Source: Turneriella sp.
GTDB taxonomy: Bacteria; Spirochaetota; Leptospiria; Turneriellales; Turneriellaceae
Assembly (NCBI GenBank): GCA_965279515.1
Contig: CBDIID010000003.1
Coordinates: 4,512,001-4,576,000 of the forward strand
DNA length: 64,000 nucleotides
Direction: 5' to 3'
Shown: positions 18,313 through 28,169 of the stretch, in pieces
How the letters are laid out: each line of letters opens with the position of its first letter
How positions within the stretch are numbered: the first letter of the stretch is position 1
Program-made: the position numbers and the translations under genes
Notes under the pieces: model-generated
The model's database searches: none
What the model saw: the letters and a program-made list of their open reading frames with translations, nothing else
What the model was told of the DNA's origin: nothing

Positions 18313-19148
18313 TAGACGCCCAGCTTCACTAAACGGTCGATTTTCAGCGCCGTGGAAATAAAATTCTCAAAGTCGGCGAGGTAAAGCTGGTTAGTCGCAT
18401 CTGATTTTGCCTCGGGCGGGTTGGGATGGATCTCGGAGAAGATGCCGTCGAGCCCCACAGCGACCGCGGCGCGCGCCAAAGGAAACGCCATGCGGCGGTC
18501 GCCACCGGAGGTTTTGCCGCCGCCGGGTAGTTGTGTCGAGTGGGTAGCGTCGAAGACCACGTGTAAGCCCTCGCGCCGCATGATTTCGAACGAGCGCATA
18601 TCGACGACGAGGTTGTTATAACCAAAGGTGTAGCCGCGCTCGCAAATCGTCACTTTCTCAGAACCCGATTTACGGTATTTGTCAGCGATGTTCAGGGCAT
18701 CTTCAGGCGCGACGAATTGTCCCTTTTTGATGTTCGTCCATTTACCGGTTTTCGCCGCGGCAACGACGATATCGGTTTGGCGGCATAAAAATGCGGGTAT
18801 CTGCAGCATGTCGACATACTCTGCGGCGATATCGGCTTCTTCGGCCGTGTGGATATCCGTCAGCGCCGGCAGTTTGTATTCATCGGCGACTTTTTTGAGC
18901 AGTGAAAGCCCTTCGCGAATACCCGGGCCGCGGAACGAATCGATCGAAGAGCGGTTCGCCTTATCGAATGAAGATTTAAAAAGAATTAAAACATCATACT
19001 TGTCGGCGATACGGCGCACCTCTTTAGCGACGGTCTGCAGCAGGCTTTCGCTCTCGATGACGCAGGGGCCGGCGATAAAAAACGGCGGGTTGGTGGCGCC
19101 GATTTTGCGGCCGTTCAGAAATTCAATTTCTTTGTTTTCTGCCAGCAT
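18312..19148 (-). CDS. kdsA: KDO 8-phosphate synthase
   Basis: IAGPCVIES, FKSSFDKANRSS, QIPAFLCRQTD, NIKKGQF, CERG..FGYNNLVVD, FDATHS. Confidence 0.98.
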   Translation of the reverse strand: MLAENKEIEFLNGRKIGATNPPFFIAGPCVIESESLLQTVAKEVRRIADKYDVLILFKSSFDKANRSSIDSFRGPGIREGLSLLKKVADEYKLPALTDIHTAEEADIAAEYVDMLQIPAFLCRQTDIVVAAAKTGKWTNIKKGQFVAPEDALNIADKYRKSGSEKVTICERGYTFGYNNLVVDMRSFEIMRREGLHVVFDATHSTQLPGGGKTSGGDRRMAFPLARAAVAVGLDGIFSEIHPNPPEAKSDATNQLYLADFENFISTALKIDRLVKLGV

Positions 19149-19150
19149 TG

Positions 19151-19468
19151 TTATCCGACTTTAAATGCCATGCGTACGCGGCATGCGCCATTTTTTTCGA
19201 AATATTCGCCGAGGCGCCGGCCTTCATCTTTTGCCTGCGGATGCGCCGCTTTGAAACGCGCTTTAGCCTTCGTGTCTGCCTCTGCACAGTTTTTGCGAAA
19301 ACGTTCTGCCGCGGGTTCTGAAACAGCGGTATTATCCGCTGCTTCGACAAATTGCACATAACCTTTCTCTAATACATAACCATCAGCAAAAAAATTTTCA
19401 TCGGGCACGATGAATTTTCCCGAGGCGCAAAAGGTGAGAAACAGCGGAAGAACCGGGAATATCCGCAT
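19151..19468 (-). CDS. Hypothetical lipoprotein
   Basis: Signal MRIFPVLPLFLTFC with spirochaete-type lipobox; in the kdsA operon. Confidence 0.65.
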   Translation of the reverse strand: MRIFPVLPLFLTFCASGKFIVPDENFFADGYVLEKGYVQFVEAADNTAVSEPAAERFRKNCAEADTKAKARFKAAHPQAKDEGRRLGEYFEKNGACRVRMAFKVG

Positions 19469-19473
19469 TAAGG

Positions 19474-20178
19474 CTAAGCCGCCTCAGTATGCTGCATGAA
19501 CCAGGCTTCGAGTTCACCTGCGGGAATCGACGAGGTTTCAGCCTCGGCGAGAATCTTGCCATTGTGCATCAGGAAAATGCGGTCGGCAATTTCATGCACT
19601 TCTTTCAAAATGTGGCTCGATACCAGTACGGCATGGTCGGTCTTGAATTCTTTCAGCAGGGTTTTGATTTCGCGTATCTGCCGCGGGTCGAGATCGGCGA
19701 TTGGTTCGTCGAGCAGCAACACCTTGGGCTCGTGAACGATTGCCTGCGCCAGGCCGACGCGTTTGCGGAAACCGGCCGACAGCGAGGCGATGTAGTCATG
19801 CCGACGGTCAGCCAGTGCGCAACGGGTCAGGGCGCGTTCGACCGCTGCCTGCTCATTGTCGCGTGTCGCCATGCGTAACCTGTACATGTAGATCAGAAAA
19901 TCTTCAATCGTCATGTCGTTGTAGAGGGCGGGGTTTTCCGGAAGATAACCAATGTGGCTGAGTAACTTTTCACGTTCGTCGATGATGTTCTCGCCTTCGA
20001 AGCGTACTTCGCCCGAAGTCGGCGTAATATACCCGGTGAGCATGCGTAGCGTTGTCGTCTTTCCGGCACCGTTGATGCCAAGCAGCGCCGTGATTTCTCC
20101 CTTTTTCAGTTTAAAAGAAATTTGATCTACAGCTTTGCGGGAGCTGTAGTGTTTCGAAAGGTTCTGAATTTCAAACAA
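19474..20178 (-). CDS. ABC transporter ATP-binding protein (ABC-2 / GldA-like)
   Basis: Walker A GINGAGKTT, signature-like LSAGFRKRVG, Walker B LLLDEP, SSH switch. Confidence 0.93.
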   Translation of the reverse strand: MFEIQNLSKHYSSRKAVDQISFKLKKGEITALLGINGAGKTTTLRMLTGYITPTSGEVRFEGENIIDEREKLLSHIGYLPENPALYNDMTIEDFLIYMYRLRMATRDNEQAAVERALTRCALADRRHDYIASLSAGFRKRVGLAQAIVHEPKVLLLDEPIADLDPRQIREIKTLLKEFKTDHAVLVSSHILKEVHEIADRIFLMHNGKILAEAETSSIPAGELEAWFMQHTEAA

Positions 20179-20181
20179 GGC

Positions 20182-21849
20182 TTATTTCCTCAATTGCAGG
20201 GTTGTTTCTGCCGTAGCGAAATCTCCCTGGATGCTTGAAATAATAGAGAAAAATTTCAGTTTCTCAAGCATATTCGAATAATTCTTCAGCGTCGAACCTT
20301 CTTTGGTTTTTGCTACCGCCTTAAAAATCTGCTGCAGGTCGATGAAGAAGATACCCTGCGCCGCGTCATACGGTAATTTAGTCAGGCGTTCGGTCAGCGG
20401 CGTTTCAGAGCCTTTAGTCGCCTTGAGCGCATTGGCCTTGCTGTTTGAAACGATGATTTCCTCTTCGCGGATTAAAAACACAATGGTGACCGGCTTCTTC
20501 TTGCCGCCGATTTTTTCTTCAGCTTTCACGATCACGAACTTACCTTCGTCAGCTTCTTCATACTCAAATTTGGTTTTCTGGGTTTTGTTCGCTTCTGCTT
20601 TCTTTGCCATTTTTTCACTGGCTTTGAAAACCTGTAGCCAGCTTTCGGCCGTGCCTTTCTTTATGCCATAACTGCCGTTGAGTTCCCATGCGAGTACATC
20701 TTTCATCTTCGCTTCGGCGGGCACATTGAGCACCTGGAAGTTGAAATTACCACGCAGTGTGCCGATGATTTGTTTTTCGAAATCGACTTTGAGTTCTGTT
20801 TTGAACTCCTCCATGGCCTTCGTGTATTTCTGGTTAAAAACCGGGCTCAGTGATTTGAACAGATCGATGAGTCCGCCGACGTTGAGTTTAAGCAGGCTGT
20901 AGTGTACCGGATTTTTTGCGAGCGTATCTGAGGTTAAAGGCTGAGCCTTGACCTGGATGATGCGTGGGTAGATTTTGCTGGTATCACTGAGGTAGCCTTC
21001 TTTATACTTGTACGAAAAATATCCTGAAATGCGATCAGCACTGGCGACCAGTGCGCCGCCTGAAGATTGCAGGTTGTCGCGGATTTCAGCAACATAGGGA
21101 GAGTTCTCGTCGAGAACAGGCTGCTGCTCACCACCCTGGTTCAAGTCTTTCTGCAGCTGGCGCATCATTTCAGTCTGGGCCTTGAGAGACGCGATGATCA
21201 GTTTCGGATTCAGGAAAAAGGCCGCCAGTGGTTGTTTACCGCCGTTGCGCGACCAGAGATGTGCGCGCATCGCCGTATAAAACGAAGCCTCTGCGATCGG
21301 CTTTGATGCGCGGCCCGCCATTGCTTTCGCCAGTTCAAGTTTATTGCTGACGAGAAGGGCATCCTCACTTTTCACGAGGTAACCCGGGTCGTTCTCCGTG
21401 CCGAAATAAAACACGCGGCCGGGTTCGATCTCTTTATTGATCGCCATCTGGCTTTCGGCGATTTTTCCTTTCAGAAAATCATAGAGCTTTGAGTTAGACT
21501 GTACGGGAATGATCATGACGAATTCCGGCTTTACGGGATTTCCCGTAGTTTCGATTTCCATGTTCACAGCGAGGCCCCAGGGTGTCTTGGTGTTAATCCC
21601 CATCTCTTCGAGTTTGACGGGATCGAGCAGATTTAAGCCACTGCGCTGCTCGAAGTTGGCCGACAGCATCGACCAAACACCTTCACCTGCGACGGCGCTG
21701 ACAACGGTGCGCAGCGAAGCCAGGCCTTCGGCGAGCGGAGCGCCCTCGACGAAGACGGCGGTATCCGCCGGAACGCGGTCACCTGGGGCGAGCGCCGAGA
21801 GGGAGTGCAGGCAAACTACGCCTGCGATTAAAATCTTTCGCAATTGCAT
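20182..21849 (-). CDS. Exported hypothetical protein (DUF3352-like); start MQLRKIL at 21849
   Basis: Signal peptide then VPADTAVFV, a start seen in DUF3352-like periplasmic proteins; host-like codon usage. Confidence 0.65.
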   Translation of the reverse strand: MQLRKILIAGVVCLHSLSALAPGDRVPADTAVFVEGAPLAEGLASLRTVVSAVAGEGVWSMLSANFEQRSGLNLLDPVKLEEMGINTKTPWGLAVNMEIETTGNPVKPEFVMIIPVQSNSKLYDFLKGKIAESQMAINKEIEPGRVFYFGTENDPGYLVKSEDALLVSNKLELAKAMAGRASKPIAEASFYTAMRAHLWSRNGGKQPLAAFFLNPKLIIASLKAQTEMMRQLQKDLNQGGEQQPVLDENSPYVAEIRDNLQSSGGALVASADRISGYFSYKYKEGYLSDTSKIYPRIIQVKAQPLTSDTLAKNPVHYSLLKLNVGGLIDLFKSLSPVFNQKYTKAMEEFKTELKVDFEKQIIGTLRGNFNFQVLNVPAEAKMKDVLAWELNGSYGIKKGTAESWLQVFKASEKMAKKAEANKTQKTKFEYEEADEGKFVIVKAEEKIGGKKKPVTIVFLIREEEIIVSNSKANALKATKGSETPLTERLTKLPYDAAQGIFFIDLQQIFKAVAKTKEGSTLKNYSNMLEKLKFFSIISSIQGDFATAETTLQLRK

Positions 21850-21961
21850 GGCTCTGAAACGGGGCCTCAGCATCTCCCGACAAGCGGAATTCGATACCGC
21901 AGCCATAGGGGAAGCTCCTCCATAATAATGGACAGGGTGTTTCAGCCTCGGGTTTTTACCC

Positions 21962-22726
21962 ATGGCTTTGGACATTAAGGGATTTCGTGCACGGCGAAAA
22001 GCGTTGCGTGCACAGGCTGCGGGGGCCGCTCCGGTTATCCTGCCGGCTTCCGAACATGTGCCATTGGGGCACCGTATTTCACTGTGGCTGACCGAGAACC
22101 CCAAAACCATCCGTAATACTATCTTCGCCATTCTGGGCGCGACAGTCGTTGTGGTGCTCTTCCTGGTATTGCGCGCGGCCGCGAAAGATGAGCACAGCCG
22201 CAAGTTGCATCAGTCGCTCGAAAAATACGAACAGATTAAGATACTGCCGCGCGGCGAAGCCCGGGCATTGCAGATGAAAGAGTTTGGCCTGTCGCTGAAG
22301 AGTGTCTGCGAGCAAACGCTGGCAACTCTCGAGAGCGCCGGTGCCTGTTTTACTGCCGGCAATGCCCTGCTTGAGGGGCGCGAGTTTTCCCTGGCTGCTT
22401 CTTTCTTCGGGCGTGCGGTTTCAGGTTATGACAGCGAAGCGATGATTTCTGTTGCGCGCTTTATGCAGGCGCAGGCATACGAAAGTGCCCGTGAGTTTGA
22501 AAAGGCGCTGGCAGTTTATAAAGACCTGGAAAAAGAATACGCCATCGCGAAAAAAACTGAAATGGCAACCTTTCACCAGGGCCGCATGCTTTATTACCTC
22601 GGTAGGTACGACGAGGCCGAAGAGAAGTTTGCCAAACTGTCGCGCGAGAGCGAAGGCAAGGAATTTGCGGCGCCGAGCCGCAATTATATTTCACTTCTAA
22701 ACGCCGAGCGCGCCTCAAAGAAGTAA
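21962..22726 (+). CDS. Membrane-anchored tetratricopeptide repeat protein (YfgM-like)
   Basis: One TM helix followed by TPR-like repeats (AQAYE...KALAVY, GRMLYYLGRYDEA). Confidence 0.8.
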   Translation: MALDIKGFRARRKALRAQAAGAAPVILPASEHVPLGHRISLWLTENPKTIRNTIFAILGATVVVVLFLVLRAAAKDEHSRKLHQSLEKYEQIKILPRGEARALQMKEFGLSLKSVCEQTLATLESAGACFTAGNALLEGREFSLAASFFGRAVSGYDSEAMISVARFMQAQAYESAREFEKALAVYKDLEKEYAIAKKTEMATFHQGRMLYYLGRYDEAEEKFAKLSRESEGKEFAAPSRNYISLLNAERASKK

Positions 22727-22727
22727 T

Positions 22728-23351
22728 TTGACCGCCGATAAGCTGCGGATTGCCCTTCCCAAGGGGCGCATGAGCGATGAAAGCCTGGAGTTTTTTTCGA
22801 AGCGCGGCCTGTGTAATCTCTCTAAAACGCAAGATGGCCGGGAACTCATTCTGCACGATGAGAAGAGCGCCATTGATTTTTACCTGATACGCAGCAAAGA
22901 TGTGGGTGCCTATGTCGAGCAGGGCGCCGCGGATCTCGGCATTATGGGGCTCGATCTGCTGCTCGAGCACAACTTCGATGTCTTTATTCCCGCCGCTTTG
23001 CCGTTCGGCGAATGCCGGCTCTCGGTAGCTTATCCGCAAAACCGGACCGAATGGCAAAAAAAGCGGGAAATCCGCGTTGCCACCAAATACCCGCGTCTTG
23101 CGACCGAATACTTTTTCCGCCGCGGGTTTAATATCCGCACGATTGAACTTTATGGTTCGATTGAGATTGCGCCTTTAACCGGGCTTTCTGACGTCATTGT
23201 TGACCTCGTGTCGACGGGAGCGACGCTGAAGGCAAATAACCTCGTTGAAGAAGAAATCATCCTCACCAGCACGGCGCGGCTGATCATGAATCCGTCAGCT
23301 TTTGCCCTCCGGCGTCCGCGGATTATGCAATTCATTGACAAGGTGTTTTAA
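22728..23351 (+). CDS. hisG: ATP phosphoribosyltransferase, short form
   Basis: LRIALPKGR, DLGIMGLD, RVATKYP, GSIEIAP..GLSDVIVDLVSTGATLKAN; 207 aa, no C-terminal regulatory domain. Confidence 0.96.
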   Translation: MTADKLRIALPKGRMSDESLEFFSKRGLCNLSKTQDGRELILHDEKSAIDFYLIRSKDVGAYVEQGAADLGIMGLDLLLEHNFDVFIPAALPFGECRLSVAYPQNRTEWQKKREIRVATKYPRLATEYFFRRGFNIRTIELYGSIEIAPLTGLSDVIVDLVSTGATLKANNLVEEEIILTSTARLIMNPSAFALRRPRIMQFIDKVF

Positions 23352-23369
23352 GTTCATTTTCCGACTTAA

Positions 23370-23573
23370 ATGGCCGTACCCAAGAGAAGACTTTCACACT
23401 CCCGCAGGCGCAACCGCCGCGCTCACCACGCGATCGGCAAACCGAACCTTCGCCCCTGCGCCAACTGCGGTGCTTACGGCCTGCCACACCGCATCTGCAC
23501 AGCTTGCGGATATTACAACGGCAAACAAGTTCTTATCCCGCGCGTTAAGAAAGCAAAATCCGCTAAGGAATAA
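23370..23573 (+). CDS. rpmF: 50S ribosomal protein L32 (Zn-ribbon form)
   Basis: [27 protein letters not shown]. Confidence 0.97.
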   Translation: MAVPKRRLSHSRRRNRRAHHAIGKPNLRPCANCGAYGLPHRICTACGYYNGKQVLIPRVKKAKSAKE

Positions 23574-23606
23574 ACGACACGGAGAGCGCCCGGGTAATCA
23601 GAAACC

Positions 23607-24167
23607 ATGGCGCCAGTGACCGGCCGCACAAGCAGCGTAGGGCAGCAGTTGCACCACAGCAACTGCCTGGGCTGCGGTGCTCTCAACAATTACTCCTTCC
23701 ATATACCCTCAACCTTTAACGAACAAAAAGGCGAGGTAGAATTTACGTTCCAGATGCGGCGCGAACATGAAGGTGCGCCGGGCCATGCCCATGGTGGTGG
23801 CCTGGCCCTGATTCTCGATGAAGCACAGGGCGTTCTTTGCCACCATCTCGGCCACTTCGTCATGACCGATGGGTTTTCCATCAAATACCACAAGGCGACA
23901 CCACTCTATAAAGATCTGAAAATCACTGCCTGGCTGACCTCTGCTCGTTCGAAGCGCCTTTACACCAAGGCCCGAATCCATCTCGGCGATGAACTTTTGG
24001 TGGAATCCAAGATAAAGTGGTATATCATTCCCGAACGCCTGCTAGAACGCCGGTTCAGCGCAGGCGGTAACCCCGGTCTTATGCTGAAGGACTTTCTCGA
24101 ACCCAACCGGATGCGGGCAAAGGAAATCCGCCGCCGCTTGCGCGGCGAGAAGAAAGCCGCGTCGTAA
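23607..24167 (+). CDS. PaaI-family (hotdog) thioesterase
   Basis: CLGCG..N, HEGAPGHAHGG..ALILDEA. Confidence 0.85.
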   Translation: MAPVTGRTSSVGQQLHHSNCLGCGALNNYSFHIPSTFNEQKGEVEFTFQMRREHEGAPGHAHGGGLALILDEAQGVLCHHLGHFVMTDGFSIKYHKATPLYKDLKITAWLTSARSKRLYTKARIHLGDELLVESKIKWYIIPERLLERRFSAGGNPGLMLKDFLEPNRMRAKEIRRRLRGEKKAAS

Positions 24168-24215
24168 CGCAGCTTTCGCTGTTTACAACCTGTTTGAAAT
24201 TCCGTTTATCCCCGC

Positions 24216-25127
24216 ATGCGTATGCTTGTTGTGGGTTCGGTCGCGTTTGACGATATCCAAACCCCGTTCGGTGTAAAGAAGAACGTGCTCGGTGGTGCTG
24301 CGAGCCACTTCTCCATTGCCGCCTCGCCGCTCATTGAGCCTAAAATCATCGCGGTGATCGGCCAGGATTTTCCACAGAAATACGTCAAATACCTGGATGA
24401 TTTCGGCATCGATACCTCGGGTATTGAAAAAAGCGATGGCAAGACATTCCACTGGTCGGGCTTTTACGAGCACGACATGGCGGTAGCGCACACGCGTTCG
24501 ACAGAGCTCGGCGCTTTTGCGTCGTTCGAGCCGAAACTGACCGACGAAGACAAACAACGCCAGGTTTTATTTCTCGCCAACATTGACCCGGTCATTCAGT
24601 ACAAAGTTCTAAAACAAATGAAGAATGTGCATCTTGTCGGTCTCGACTCGATGAACTTCTGGATAGAGAGCAAAAAAGCACAGGTTTGGAAAGTTATCAA
24701 AGAAGCGGACATCATTTTCCTCAACGATGCCGAAGTGCGCATGCTGGCCGGTGAAGCCTCCCTCATTAAAGCCGCGAAAGTCATCCAGAAGCATGGCCCC
24801 GATATTGTGATCGTAAAAAAAGGCGAGCACGGAGTCATGGCGGTTTCGAAGGGCGAAATCTTCGTAAGCCCGGCATACCCGACAGAAAAAGTGATCGATC
24901 CGACCGGTGCTGGTGATGCCTTCGCTGGCGGTTGTATGAGTTACCTTGTCGCTAATACGCAACCGGGCAAGAAAATCACCTCAGACACGCTGCGCAAGGC
25001 AGTCTCGTGGGGTTCTGCGGTCGCAAGTTTTGCGGTTGAGGGTTTCTCGACTGCGGGCGTTGCGAAAGCTACAAAAAAGGCCATCGAGGCGCGCGTCGCG
25101 GCGTTGAAGAAACTGTCGGCGTTTTAA
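24216..25127 (+). CDS. PfkB-family carbohydrate/nucleoside kinase
   Basis: VVGSVAFDDIQTPFG, LGG, DPTGAGDAFAGG. Confidence 0.93.
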   Translation: MRMLVVGSVAFDDIQTPFGVKKNVLGGAASHFSIAASPLIEPKIIAVIGQDFPQKYVKYLDDFGIDTSGIEKSDGKTFHWSGFYEHDMAVAHTRSTELGAFASFEPKLTDEDKQRQVLFLANIDPVIQYKVLKQMKNVHLVGLDSMNFWIESKKAQVWKVIKEADIIFLNDAEVRMLAGEASLIKAAKVIQKHGPDIVIVKKGEHGVMAVSKGEIFVSPAYPTEKVIDPTGAGDAFAGGCMSYLVANTQPGKKITSDTLRKAVSWGSAVASFAVEGFSTAGVAKATKKAIEARVAALKKLSAF

Positions 25128-25236
25128 CCCCACCCCGGCCTTAGGCCACCCCTCCCCACTGACGTGGAGAGGGGTTTGTAGGCCAGTCTTGTTCCCCCTC
25201 TCCATGTTAATGGGGAGGGGGCTAGGGGGTGGGGTC
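25127..25236. repeat. Inverted pair of REP-like palindromes between convergent genes
   Basis: CCCCACCCC..CCCCTCCCCAC-TGAC-GTGGAGAGGGG and inverted copy CCCCCTCTCCAT-GTTA-ATGGGGAGGGGG..GGGGTGGGG. Confidence 0.75.
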
Positions 25237-27103
25237 AGCTTATATAATTCGCGGGTAAGCCGCGTATCCATTCGTCGGTATCGATAGCGATTTGGCGCAC
25301 CGTCTCGGGGTGTGTGATGATGCCGAGATGTCCCTGGCGGTATTCGGCAATCTTGTTTTTAGGTGACTTGCCGGCCAGATGTCCCTGGCGCACGGTGTCG
25401 GGCGGAGCGATCTCGTCGATCGTGCCCACGACCGTGAAGTGGGGAATTTCCAGCTCATTGAGTTCGAGTGTGTAATTGATCTCTTTGTCGGTTGAGGTGA
25501 AATTGTCGCCGTCGATGAGCGAGCGGATAAACTGGCTGATCACGAGCATCGATTCTTCGCAGAAGACATCCTCCATAAAGAAGTACCACTCGGGCGGAGT
25601 GATCTGCTCATAACCGATGAATTCCTTGAGCGTCGGCAGGCGGTACGTGACGTCGAATGACATTGTGCGGATCGACGCCGAGATGTTGTGCAGGAATTTA
25701 AAAAACTTGTTGAGGTCGATGCCGCCGATCGTCGAGGTCAGCGTGAAGTTGATGATGCGCATGAGCGGCTCGGCAAGAATATTACCGGTCAATAACTTCG
25801 CCGAATTGCGGAACATGTTGAACCAGGCCGATTGCGCGGCGATGCGTATGTAAATCGGCGTTGTGATCGAAACGATACCGTCGATGATCGATTCGGGTTT
25901 GATCGCCAGGTCGCCCGAACGCTTCTTGCCATGCCTGTCGTAGGCCGCCGAATAGAAGAGGGGGATCATCCCCCCCATGCTGTGGCCATAGACGATGATC
26001 TTCTTGCCGGGGTGGGCATTTTTCAGCCATTGCAGCGCCGCCGGAAAATCTTCCCAGACATAGTTGTCGACCGACCAGTGGTAGTTATTCAGCCACTTGT
26101 TCGGCAGTGTTTCCTTCGAGCGGCCGCGCACATCGAGCGTAAACACGGCGTAGCCGTGCTCCAGGGCGAGTTCCTTCGCGAGGCGGTCGCAGATCGAGCG
26201 GTTACAGAAAAAACCCGGCAGCATGAGAATAATCCGGTTCTGGCCGTTCTGATGCTCGGGCAGGTAACGTTTGAGACTAATATTATAGCCATTGACCGTG
26301 GGCACGATGTAGTTGGTGTCCTGGCGGTATTTTTCGGTATAGCGGTTCGAATAGAGCACCATCGACTTGATCGGTTTTTCCTGCTCGGGCAGCTGTGTGT
26401 AGACCATGCTCTCGAGGTTCGCCGTCGGGTCGTGCTTTTCGATTTTGCGCCGCGCCGCGAAGGCATCGACGGTATCGGAAAGTTCTTCTGAAATAACAAA
26501 ATCGATCGCGCGGCTAAGCGATATCATCTGCTGCCGTACGTCGCGGCGCTCATCGCCGGTGAACGACTTGCGGTGGATGCCCCACAGCACGCCTACGGGG
26601 CGGCGGTCGATGATGATGGGAATCCCTACCGCATAACGCACACCCTTAGGTGCGAGACGCTTCATGGCCCCGTGCAGACGCTCTTCTGAAGGGATATGCA
26701 GAAATTCAACCATCGGCGGCAGGTCGTGTGCGATGTTGTAGAGCGATTGCCGCATCATCTGTGCCGAGAGATTTTTTTCGTGATTGATCGCCAGGGGCCG
26801 GGTACGGGCGATAAATTTCTTAAAGACATCGACTTTTTTGTTCTCTGCGATCTCTTGCAGATGAAACTGCGACGACGAGGCCGTGACGCGCATCGCCGCG
26901 CCGTCGATCATTTCGAAGACGCTGTATTCAAAACAGTTGCTGAAATCAGGAAAGGTAAACGAGACAACCTTGTTGACGAATGCCGTCTGCACCTGGGAAA
27001 TAAACTCGAAGCGTGTCCGGGGCAAGGAGGGAATGTAGAGATATCCGGGACCAGGTTCATACGACTGGTCGAGGAGCAGCCCAGAGGCCATACCGCGCTT
27101 CAT
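25235..27103 (-). CDS. GAF-like domain fused to an alpha/beta hydrolase
   Basis: N-terminal YAVGIPIIIDRRPVGVLWG (GAF-like); C-terminal GHSMGG nucleophile elbow, GTIDEIAP Asp, GHLG His; start uncertain between 27091 and 27130. Confidence 0.8.
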   Translation of the reverse strand: MKRGMASGLLLDQSYEPGPGYLYIPSLPRTRFEFISQVQTAFVNKVVSFTFPDFSNCFEYSVFEMIDGAAMRVTASSSQFHLQEIAENKKVDVFKKFIARTRPLAINHEKNLSAQMMRQSLYNIAHDLPPMVEFLHIPSEERLHGAMKRLAPKGVRYAVGIPIIIDRRPVGVLWGIHRKSFTGDERRDVRQQMISLSRAIDFVISEELSDTVDAFAARRKIEKHDPTANLESMVYTQLPEQEKPIKSMVLYSNRYTEKYRQDTNYIVPTVNGYNISLKRYLPEHQNGQNRIILMLPGFFCNRSICDRLAKELALEHGYAVFTLDVRGRSKETLPNKWLNNYHWSVDNYVWEDFPAALQWLKNAHPGKKIIVYGHSMGGMIPLFYSAAYDRHGKKRSGDLAIKPESIIDGIVSITTPIYIRIAAQSAWFNMFRNSAKLLTGNILAEPLMRIINFTLTSTIGGIDLNKFFKFLHNISASIRTMSFDVTYRLPTLKEFIGYEQITPPEWYFFMEDVFCEESMLVISQFIRSLIDGDNFTSTDKEINYTLELNELEIPHFTVVGTIDEIAPPDTVRQGHLAGKSPKNKIAEYRQGHLGIITHPETVRQIAIDTDEWIRGLPANYIS

Positions 27104-27229
27104 CGGCCATTTTGGCGCGGCGCATAGCACGGCAAGCCCTAGTAGTGCGCGGCGAAATGTAAAATTATGGGATGGATTTCCTCCTTAAATACACCTTTAC
27201 CATGTGTCTGTTTTTCCTATTTCGCAAAC

Positions 27230-28099
27230 ATGTTTTCTAAGATGAATTCGCTTCTCTTTGTCGTCGCCGCGGTCGGCTATCTGGGCTGCACGAAACGCAT
27301 CGAATCCTGCGGAAAGCAGATCCCCGGCATGGCCTGCATCCCCGCCGGCGAGTTTATCCGGGGTTCGAATGACCACGAGGCGGATGAAAAACCTGCCGAG
27401 AAAGTTTTTGTCAGCGAATTCTTTATGGATCTGCACGAGGTGACGAACAAAGAACTCAACGAATGTTTTGCCGCGGGAAAATGCCGCGACTGCATGAAAA
27501 CCGGGAAATGTAAAGAGATCGGTGCCCGCTACGGTTACCGCTATAAACGCGACGAGCAGCCGGCGAGCGGCATCAGCTGGTTTACAGCAAAAGAATACTG
27601 TGAGTTTCGCGGCAAAAGACTGCCGACCGAAGCCGAATGGGAAAAAGCCGCGCGCGGTCCCGATGGGAACATCTATCCCTGGGGAAATGAGATAGCGGAT
27701 TGCAAGCGTGCGATTATCCAGATCGGCGACGGCAAAAAGGCCATCAAGGGCTGCTTCGCCAAACGTCTCGACCCCGAATGGCATATGCACACCGCGCCCG
27801 TGATGTCACGCCCCGCGGGTGCCTATGGCCTCTACGATATGGCGGGCAATGTGCATGAATGGGTTAATGACTGGTATGAAGAGAATTATACAAAATGCGG
27901 CGACAAATGCCGCGGTCGCGATCCCAAAGGCCCCTGTGATGGCGCGGATGTCTGCCCCGGTTACCGCATGCGCAGCGTGCGCGGCGGCTCATGGTGGTGG
28001 ACAGCCACCTATGCGCGGGGCTCTAAGCGCAGGGCAAATCCCCCTGGCAATTTCCCGGCTGTGGATTACCACCACTTCGGCTTTCGTTGTGCGCAATGA
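27230..28099 (+). CDS. Formylglycine-generating enzyme family (SUMF1/EgtB/PvdO) lipoprotein
   Basis: IPAGEFIRGS, HEVTN, RLPTEAEWEKAARG, YPWG, GLYDMAGNVHEW, RGGSW, GFRCA; YLGC lipobox. Confidence 0.93.
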   Translation: MFSKMNSLLFVVAAVGYLGCTKRIESCGKQIPGMACIPAGEFIRGSNDHEADEKPAEKVFVSEFFMDLHEVTNKELNECFAAGKCRDCMKTGKCKEIGARYGYRYKRDEQPASGISWFTAKEYCEFRGKRLPTEAEWEKAARGPDGNIYPWGNEIADCKRAIIQIGDGKKAIKGCFAKRLDPEWHMHTAPVMSRPAGAYGLYDMAGNVHEWVNDWYEENYTKCGDKCRGRDPKGPCDGADVCPGYRMRSVRGGSWWWTATYARGSKRRANPPGNFPAVDYHHFGFRCAQ

Positions 28100-28169
28100 C
28101 ATCTGGCGCGTATCCGGATTGACGCCGCATAGAAAGGGCGAATACTGCCCGACGAACACATGATTATTT

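Noticed and set aside
21850..22203. N-terminal extension of the 673-aa ORF
   Set aside because: Overlaps the divergent TPR gene; a signal peptide begins at MQLRKIL (21849).
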